Source: the human T2T-CHM13v2.0 reference genome, Homo sapiens
Direction: 5' to 3' (one strand)
Length of the DNA: 64,000 nt
Assembly (NCBI RefSeq): GCF_009914755.1
Contig: NC_060932.1
Part shown: piece by piece, positions 55,902-64,000 of the stretch
Layout of the letters: the number at the start of each line of letters is the position of its first letter
Position numbering within the stretch: position 1 is the stretch's first letter
The notes under the pieces: generated by a model
Database searches by the model: none
Seen by the model: only the letters and a program-made list of their open reading frames with translations
Told to the model about the DNA's origin: nothing
Position numbers and translations under genes: made by a program

Positions 55902-56110
55902 TTACTCCCTCCCTTCCTCTATCCTTTCCTTCCTTCCTTCCCTCCTTCATTCCCTCTGTCATTTATCCCTCCCTTCCTTCTTTCCTTCCCTCTCTCTCAT
56001 TCTCCTTCCTTTCTTTTCCTCCCTCCCATCCTTCTTTCTTCCTCCCTTCTTTCCCATCCTCCTTCCTTTCTGCTTTCCTTCCTTCCTTCTCCTCCTCATT
56101 CCTTCTTTTT
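55902..56110 (+). repeat. (CCTT)n-like polypyrimidine tract
   Basis: About 200 bp degenerate TTCC repeat. Confidence 0.92.
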
Positions 56111-57053
56111 AATCACTCCTTGTTTCTCCTTCTGTGAAATGGGTATAATGATATTTTCCTGCCTCTGTATACCAAGGTTTTTATGTGAACTGAACCAATT
56201 CCTTCATAAGATATCTTTGCTTACATGATGAAGCTGGTGAGCTTGTTTGTTTTCTCTGTTTTGCTTTGTTTTTCTTCTTAAACTTCTTAACAGCCCCAGA
56301 CTCCAACTGTGCAAGATGGTGGGAAAGCCTTCAACAGGAATTACTCTGGAGAAGCTAGCAACCTTAGCAACTGCACATCGTTCAAGATCAGCTGTCCAGA
56401 AGGCTCTCTGTAGAACAGAATAGCTAAATACATCCCCTGGCCTGCAGCTTTACCTCATAAAAAAAGATGAAAGGCACAATCATTGCTGCTTTTGCCACCT
56501 AATAGATAAAAATAGCATTGTATCTGGATTACAGGGAGAAAGAAAGCATCTCCTGGGCAGGTGGCACCCACAATCCTTATTCCTCCCCAGGCTATTCCAT
56601 TCTAAAGGAGAAAACTAAACATTTCAAAAACCAAACACGGTCTCTTGAGCACAGAGGCCTCAAACAATGTTCTCACTGAAGATGTGTCACCTGAGAAAAG
56701 TTTATTTCCAGGGTTGTGACAATCCCTACTAATAAGGAGCTTTGCAGGCAAGAACACGGTGCTGGTCAGAAAGTCCAAGTTGCCTGATGCTTGGCGCCTT
56801 CACTTGAGTTAACAACACCTCAGATCATCCGCTTGGCTTTTCATGTTTGAATTTCCCCCTAGAAACTGCTTCAGGCACAAAGGGAGAGCTGTGATCGTTT
56901 TTATTTTGTTTCATGTCCAACTGTTCCGTAATCCAGCTATGAAAGAATTGTCAGCTTTAGTGGAATCCTTTTCCAAGCTTTTCATAGTCATGGTGAAAGA
57001 CATCCATTCTGTTGGTTTTTCTGTTCCACTGATCAGTTTTCTTCTATTGTTAT

Positions 57054-57807
57054 TGCATTTGTTTACCTGGGCTGCTGTAAAACAAAATATCAGAGACTGG
57101 GTGGCTTAAACAACAGGAACTTATTATCTTGCAGTCCTGGAGGCTGGAAGTCCGAGAACAATGCATGGGCAGGGTTGGTTTCTCCTAAAGTCTCTCTCCT
57201 TGGGTTACAGATGACCATCTCCCAGCTGTGTCCTCATATGGCCCTTTCTCTGTGTACCTGCATCCCCGGTGTCTCTTCCTGTTCTTATAAGGCCACAGTC
57301 GTATGAGGTAGGGCCCCTTCCTTTTGACTTCATTTCACCTTAATGATATGGCTTGGCTGTGTCTCCACCCCAATCTCATCTTGAATTGTAGTTCCCATAA
57401 TTCCCACATGTCATGGGAGGGAGCCAGAGGGAGATCATTGAATCCTGGGGACGGTTGCCCCCATACTGTTCTTGTGGTAGTGAATAACCATCATGAGGTC
57501 TGATGGTTTTATAAATGGGAGCTCCCCTGCACAAGTTATCTTTGCCAGCTGCCTTGTAAGGCATCCCTTTGCTTTTCCTTCATCTTCTGCCATGATAGTG
57601 AGGCCTCCCCAGCCATGTGGAACTGTGAGTCAATTAAACTTCTTTCCTTTATAAATTACCCAGTCTTGGCTATGTCTTTATTAACAGGGTGAGAATGGAC
57701 TGATAACATTTAATGACTTATTTAAAGCCCCTGTCTCCAAATACAGTCACATTAGGCATGAAGGCTTCACATATGAATTTCAGGAGGACACAATTCAGTC
57801 TTTAACA
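57054..57807 (-). mobile_element. MaLR solo LTR (MLT1B-like) interrupted by THE1
   Basis: Both termini present; TSD GTTAT at 57049-57053 and 57808-57812. Confidence 0.9.
57344..57708 (+). mobile_element. MaLR solo LTR (THE1-family)
   Basis: TGATATGGCTTGGCTGTGTC...GAGAATGGACT; TSD CTTAA/TTTAA. Confidence 0.93.
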
Positions 57808-58946
57808 GTTATGCAGTGTATTTCATTTCCATATCCCCGAGATGAAACTCTGTGGCTTCTTTGTTCCTCTGCTTTTATTTCCTGGGAAGGAGGCTTACAG
57901 GCGAGGTGAGGGCTGATGGGGTATCTTTAGGTGTGCAGGAGTCATTTCTGGGCTGGAAAACATGGTCCTGGATACACAGGTGTTGGTCCTGGGAATGCAG
58001 GAGTTCTAGTGACTGGAGCAGATCCATTTTAGAGCCATTGCTCTGTCTTTGAGGAGTTCTCATGCTTCCATGAAAACCACATAAAGATGAAAGAACATTA
58101 TCAATTTGGACGTTTCAAATGACCAACCTAAATTTTTAATGAGGGAAATGAAATGATCATTAAAAATATAGACAGACTCAGGAGCACATTAACTCAGTTC
58201 TTGTAACTAGGGGCAGAGAGCCTTGGATAATTACTGTATGAAATTGGATGAATGGCTGTATGCCTTTAGAAGAGAGTAATATCTACATGCAAGTGAATGT
58301 GATGAATATATTACCTACCACAAGTAGGTTAATAAGTGGAAGTGGTAACCCTTGATCCACACATTTTTAGAATCTCTCTATAACTGTAGAAACACTGAGG
58401 CTTTTCGTGAGGATTCTGAAATCGTATGCTAAAAACATTTTCAGGGTATTCTGAAGAACAGACAGAGAGACAAAAATGAGACAAGCTCTCCATCAGAAGG
58501 ACAAAGATCTTCTCCGTCTTAGGGAAGGGCCACTAGCTCATGCGGGGCCAGTGCTCCTGCTGTCCTCTCCATCTAACCTCCAGAATCTTCCTCTCCAAGG
58601 ACTCAGTCCTGGATTCCTTTAGAGTCCAGCTAAGGCCAAAACTCCCCCATGGAATATCTAGTCCACAATGACCACCTTGTCCTCTGAACGCCTATCTGCC
58701 ATCCAGACTTGTGATTTTGGTTTTCAAGCTTACTGCTTTGTCTTTCTGTTTAACTATTAGATTTGTCACTGGAAAGGGGCAAAAGCATAGGATTTCAGAG
58801 TGGGAAGGGCACAAGGAGACTTTGTAACTGATTTTACACAGAGAAAAATGAGATCATGGCCAGTTGAAGATATTCTGTTACAGAAGGCCAAACAAACTAA
58901 GACTAGCCTATGGAAACCTAGGTCAGGCAGCTTCACTGGTAAAGAA

Positions 58947-59251
58947 GGCAGGTGTGGTGGTTCACACCTGTAATACCAACACTTTGGGAGGCTGAGGAAG
59001 CAGGATGCCTTGAGCCCAAGAGTTTGTAGACCAGCCTGAGCAACATAGGGAGAATCTGTCTCTATAAAAAAATTTTTGAAAATTAGCCAGGTGTGGTGGC
59101 ATGCACCTATACTCCCACCTACTTGGGAGGCCAAGGCAGGAGGATCGCTTGAGCCTGGGAGGCAGAGATTGCAGGAAACAGAGGTCATGCTGCTGTACTC
59201 CAGCCTGGGCAACAGAGAGAGACCCTGTCTCAAAAACACAACAACAAAAAA
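58947..59251 (+). mobile_element. Alu SINE (AluJ-like)
   Basis: GGAGGATCGCTTGAGCC, AGACCCTGTCTC, (CAA)-type tail. Confidence 0.93.
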
Positions 59252-60341
59252 TTGAGATCCTGAGAAGCTAGAGGACTTGCTTGAGGACAGCCTACTACGT
59301 GGAAATAGAGCCCAGAGAAGTATCCTGTTCTCTTCAGTGGAAGGTCAAAATTCTCCCCCTCCCACACGCATATGAAAGCCAAGTAGCTCCTGCATCCTGC
59401 CACATCCCTTATGACCTAACACGCAGCACCCACACGTGGCCAGTCCAGGTGAATGCCTACCTTCCAAACACCAAGACAGGTCAATCAGCAACAAGGACAG
59501 GAAGATGAGGCATTCTCTCACTCTCCTAGGAACAGGAACTCTTGGCCTCCCTGTTCTGACCTTAAGTCCTATTTTCATGTACTTTCCAGCTCACCTCTTC
59601 ATTTGGTCAGAGGTAGCATTTTGCCCTGTATCATCTATATCTTGCTTTGCTAAAATTGCTTCACATCTAATGAAAATATCATCGGCCAGCTTACAACATT
59701 TTATTGCATTTGAGATATCGATGGCCAGAGGGAAGTTATTAAGAAGTGAGAGTTATTATCTGGACATGAGCACAGGAATGAGTCATTATCCACTGTGTTT
59801 CTTCCAGCAGTTTCATGAGAGATGAGACAAGCTGGTGGCAAGTTTCATTTAGTCCACATCACACACCTTCTGCTTTGGAAATGTGAGGGTCGAGCAAGCT
59901 GGAAAATGTGTTTGTTTCCAGACAGCTTCCCACCAGCTGCCTGGAGACGCAGCCTCTCAGAGGTCTGGTCATGCATCCAATTTATTCTCTCCACGGGGCG
60001 AGTCTGTTGATAAAGGTCACAATGAAAGTTACAAGCACGTCAGTGGGAGAGTGCCTGTCCAAACCTCCTACAGAGGGAACAAGGAATAACAACAAACAGC
60101 AGGTAGTTTCTTAGAGATCTCTCACCTGCTTCTAAACAACATTCTCTGCCAAGCAGGGGCTGGGTTTTTGCAACTTCTTCTGCTAGGATTCACCCCAGTC
60201 CTGCCCATCCGCCCACCCTTTTATTCTCACTCGATCCACCCATGACCTTTCCTTCTTGGTTTTGATGCTGCAGTAATGTCTTCAACACCACGTTAGAATT
60301 TCCTTTCCCTCTGACTTCCACTCGGAGTAACTGATTTCGAA

Positions 60342-60692
60342 ACACACATACACACATGCACACATGTACACACACATGCATACACACACACAAACCCACA
60401 CATACACAAACACATGCACACACACGTATGAACACATGCACAAACACACATACACAAACACACGCACACACAGATGCACACACACAAATACACAAACCCA
60501 CACATGCACAAACACACACACACAGAGAAACACACACGCACACACATACACACACAAATGCACACACAAGCACACACAAACATACACACACAAATGCACA
60601 CACACGCACACACAAACATACACACACAGATGCACACACACGCACACACAAACATACACACACAAATGCACACAAACATGCACACAAACACA
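60342..60692 (+). repeat. CA-rich compound satellite with a 36-bp higher-order unit
   Basis: CATACACACACAAATGCACACACACGCACACACAAA about 3.7 times at 60545-60676. Confidence 0.93.
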
Positions 60693-60714
60693 GGCAACAT
60701 GAAAAAGCGGCATG

Positions 60715-60910
60715 ACTTGGAGGTGAAGCTCAGCTCTGCTATTCAGCGTAGAATCGTGATTACCCATCATTGCTGTGCCTTTTATCTTCATCTATAACAT
60801 GGGACTGGTGACACCAAACTCCTGGGGTTGCCATGAGGATGACGTGGATAATGCACATAAACACTCAGCACCATGGCAGGAACATGAAAGGACTCATAAA
60901 ACCGTACCTA
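60715..60910 (+). mobile_element. MIR fragment
   Basis: TCATCTATAACATGGG...GGGTTGCCATGAGGAT...ATAATGCA. Confidence 0.7.
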
Positions 60911-61693
60911 TGATTTTTTTACAGATACCAAGAAAATACTCCTAACCTCCCTCCCTGTACTTGGCTGTATCATCTCCTATCTGTAAGCAACTGTGCTATT
61001 ACTAAGAATCATAAAAGTTGTGTACAGTGTCATGCTCCAGTAAGCCCTGAATCAAAAGTATTCTGTTAGGGAGAAGTCCCCCATTGTAAGGCAGACCATA
61101 GCCATAAATGGTTTAAAAAATTCACTCAGTGCATTGCTGTAAGCAAGAGGGGTCACTATCTATTACACGCTGAGAAGTTCACATCAAGGTATCCACCACA
61201 ATCCCAGACATCAAAACTCCTACAGTCCAATTGCTAAGACATGAATTAATATTAATACAGGAGATTAATCGGAAGATAATATTAACACACGCTTCTGAAA
61301 GGCAGGGCTATGCTGTGCATCTCTAGACACAGATATACATGTTTAAGCAAACCCAACATACACAGAGTGGAGGGTGAATCCGTGGATATAAGCGAAGGGG
61401 CAAGAGTAAGCAGTAAAATGAAGGTAAGTCTGACAACAGTTCCAAGAATGGGCCGATCAGGCAGGAAGAGCAGGGGAGGGACTCATAATGGAAGCTGCGC
61501 TGGTGCAGAGAACCGAAGGATGGGAAAGACTCACAGACTGGGAGAGAGGAGGCTAGGCATGTTGGACAGGGAAACAGCATTCCCAGGCTCACAGGTGGAG
61601 GAGAGCACCCTGTTCTGAAGGCAGAGGAGGTGCTGAGATGCTCCAGGCCACTTTATGTCACCAGAGCAAACACCACGGTGCCGCTACCATCGT

Positions 61694-61770
61694 TCTTAGC
61701 GCAGTAAATACTGAATGGGATTTTTTAACCATAAAGTCGGGTTCCTCTTAGCTCAGTAAACACTGAATGG

Positions 61771-61808
<38 letters not shown>

Positions 61809-61965
61809 AGATGGAGTCTCACTCTGTCACCCAGGCTGGAGCGCTGTGGCGCAATCTTGGCTCACCGCAAGCTCCCCCTCCCGGGTTCATTTCTAACCAT
61901 AAAGTCGGCTTCCTCTTAGCTCAGTAAACACTGAATGGACTTTTTAAACCATAAAGTCTGCTTCC
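61694..61965 (+). repeat. Three tandem copies of a 52-bp unit; middle copy split by an Alu
   Basis: TCTTAGCTCAGTAAACACTGAATGG..TTTTTAACCATAAAGTCGGCTTCC starting at 61694, 61746 and 61914. Confidence 0.92.
61773..61889 (-). mobile_element. 5'-truncated AluY-like fragment with long poly(T)
   Basis: About 35 T then GAGATGGAGTCTC...GCAAGCTCC...CCCGGGTTCA. Confidence 0.9.
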
Positions 61966-62095
61966 TCAGATTCACCTGGGGAGGGCTGTAAAAAGTCTGG
62001 GGTCCAAGCCCATCCCCGGAGATTCTGATCAGATTGCACTAAGCAGTACCCCAGGTGACTCTAACGAAGCACCTGTTAGCAGGCTGCATCTTAGA
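61966..62095. mobile_element. MER5A-like hAT MITE remnant
   Basis: TCAGATTCACCTGGGGAG...GAGATTCTGAT...CCCCAGGTGACTCT. Confidence 0.65.
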
Positions 62096-62426
62096 ATTGG
62101 CCATGGTGGAGGTTGGGGCACCAGATGCCCTGGGAACCCTAAAAGGGATGCTGCGTGTGAGATGGCAGTATAAGCCCAGGAGAAGTGGCTGACAGAGGCC
62201 AGACACGGCTCGGAGCACACAGCCATGCAGGAGAGAGAGCATTTTGGACAGGCCAGATCCCAGAATGCAGTAGGAATGCTGAGAGTAGCAGGGACAGGAG
62301 TGTTTGCATCTGGGTGCCTGGCTGCAGCACGGGATATGGCCCTAAATATGAACCCTTGTGATAAAAATGTCTCACTACTAGTCCACTGGGCATTACATAT
62401 GCCTCATGTTCAAATCCACCCAGCAC

Positions 62427-62952
62427 TTTTTTTTCTTTTATTTTACTTTAAGTTCTGGGAGACATGTGTTGAACGTGCATAGGTATACATGTGCCATGGT
62501 GGTTTGCTGCACCTATCAACACATCATCTAGGTTCTAAGGCCCACAGGCATTAGATATTTGTCCTAATGCTCTCCCTCCCCTTTACCCTATCCCCAGACA
62601 GGCCCTGGTGTATGATGTTCCCTTCCTGTGTCCATGTGTTCTGATTATTCAACTCCCACTTATGAGTGAGAACATGTGGTGTTTGGTTTCTATTCCTGTG
62701 TTAGTTTGCTGAGGATAATGGTTTCCACCCTCATCCCTGTCCCTGCAAAGGACATGAACTCATTTCTTTTTTATGGCTACATAGTATTCCATAGTATGTA
62801 TGTGCCACATTTTCTTTATCCAGTCTATCATTGATGGGCATTTAGGTTGCTTCAAAGTCTTTGCTATTGTAAATAGTGCTGCAATAATCATATGTGTGCA
62901 TGTGTCTTGATAGTAGAATGATTTATAATCCTTTGGGTATATACCCAGTAAT
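62427..62952 (-). mobile_element. 5'-truncated L1PA (L1PA8-like) 3' end
   Basis: TTTAAGTTCTGGG...CCCACTTATGAGTGAGAACATG...GGGTATATACCCAGTAAT; TSD CACCCAGCAC. Confidence 0.95.
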
Positions 62953-64000
62953 CACCCAGCACCTTTCGAAGCCCGCCCACAAACTATTCTCAATTTCTAG
63001 TCCAATCTCGGCAATCTACTTGGATGTCTGCGGCTTTGTAGCTGACCATCATCCAAACTCCTGCCTGAGCTCCAGGCAACATTCCTTGCATAGTCTGGCC
63101 AGCCTATTATCACAGTGACTAAGAATCCAGATTTGGGTCTCCTAGCTGGAGGACAAAGGACACCCGTGGGCTTTGGCTCTGGGGTGGATGACTGGACAGG
63201 ACAGGGATGACGGCGGAGTCTCCAAGATGATGCCCAGGGAGAAATCAGAAGGGCTTCAAGGTCAGCAGCCAGGCCCGACATCCACAAGCAGCAGTGGCAC
63301 GGCTCTTTCAAGAATGTCCCCAGTGAGCAAGGAGAGCTGTGCCCCCGGGCCTGCTCTTCGATGTCAGCCCATCTTCAGAGCCTTGATACCCAACCTTCCC
63401 AATATCATCTCAATAATTCTTTCTTCTGCTTAAATACACCAAAGCTCATTTCAGTAGATGACAACTGTGAAGTCCTTGTCAAGCTTTCATTCAACTAGAA
63501 ACCGGACAGTCTACGTGATTCCAAAAAAGCAATGGACACTTCGATGCCCTTCTTGGCCCACAGGAGATCCCACTATGAGTCAGATCATAAAAACTAAATA
63601 ACGGTGAAGCCACTTCTACAAAAAATGTGCCTCCTGGAGAGGCTCAGCCTTTGCGAAATGCCTGCAGCCCAGATCTGGAGGCTTCCACAGGCATGTACCA
63701 CATTATACTACAGGTATTTTAGCCAAATTGCTTTTGATTTTTGAAATGTGCAGATTGCCTTTGTTGCAGGAACTGTTGGCATGAGGATGCATATTTGAGG
63801 CTTGTTAAGGACGCTCGTTACACAGGAGAGAGTGATGGAATTGTTCTAGCTGCGCAGGGAAGCACAGAGGCGAATGTGAGTATCAGCTCCCGGAGCTTCC
63901 GTATCATTTCTTACGTACGGCACAGGACCTGAGGGCTCAGGGTCCCCTCCACCTGCTTCTGAAAGAAAAGTCTTCATTTGGCTGTAGTTGAATAACCTCC

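Noticed and set aside
60190-60797. Cys/Val-rich and His/Thr-rich ORFs resembling metal-binding peptides
   Set aside because: Translation artefacts of a CA/TG satellite.

Overview
Primate genomic DNA, most likely human or another ape (AluJ/S/Y, THE1/MST/MLT1 MaLR LTRs, an LTR12/ERV9 solo LTR, L1PA8). The window is non-coding, intronic or intergenic. I recognise no protein-coding exon, RNA gene or CRISPR-type array, and the ORF-track entries I could place derive from Alus, LTRs, L1 or microsatellites. Much of the window is interspersed repeat: about 20 Alu-family copies, about 18 MaLR solo LTRs (several nested), ERV1/ERVL LTRs, and L1, L2, MIR and hAT fragments, many with readable target-site duplications (TSDs). 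I found no convincing new biological system. The most unusual signals are several short, old, locally templated copies of nearby sequence: a ~275 bp copy dropped into an MLT1D, a ~130 bp copy of an LTR-flank junction, a short inverted copy, and a 52-bp triplication split by a truncated AluY. Also notable are a full-length LTR12 cryptic promoter, CpG-retaining patches at 39.4-41.4 kb and a CpG-rich candidate exon at 55.3 kb. Subfamily names come from remembered consensus sequences, and boundaries without a TSD are approximate.
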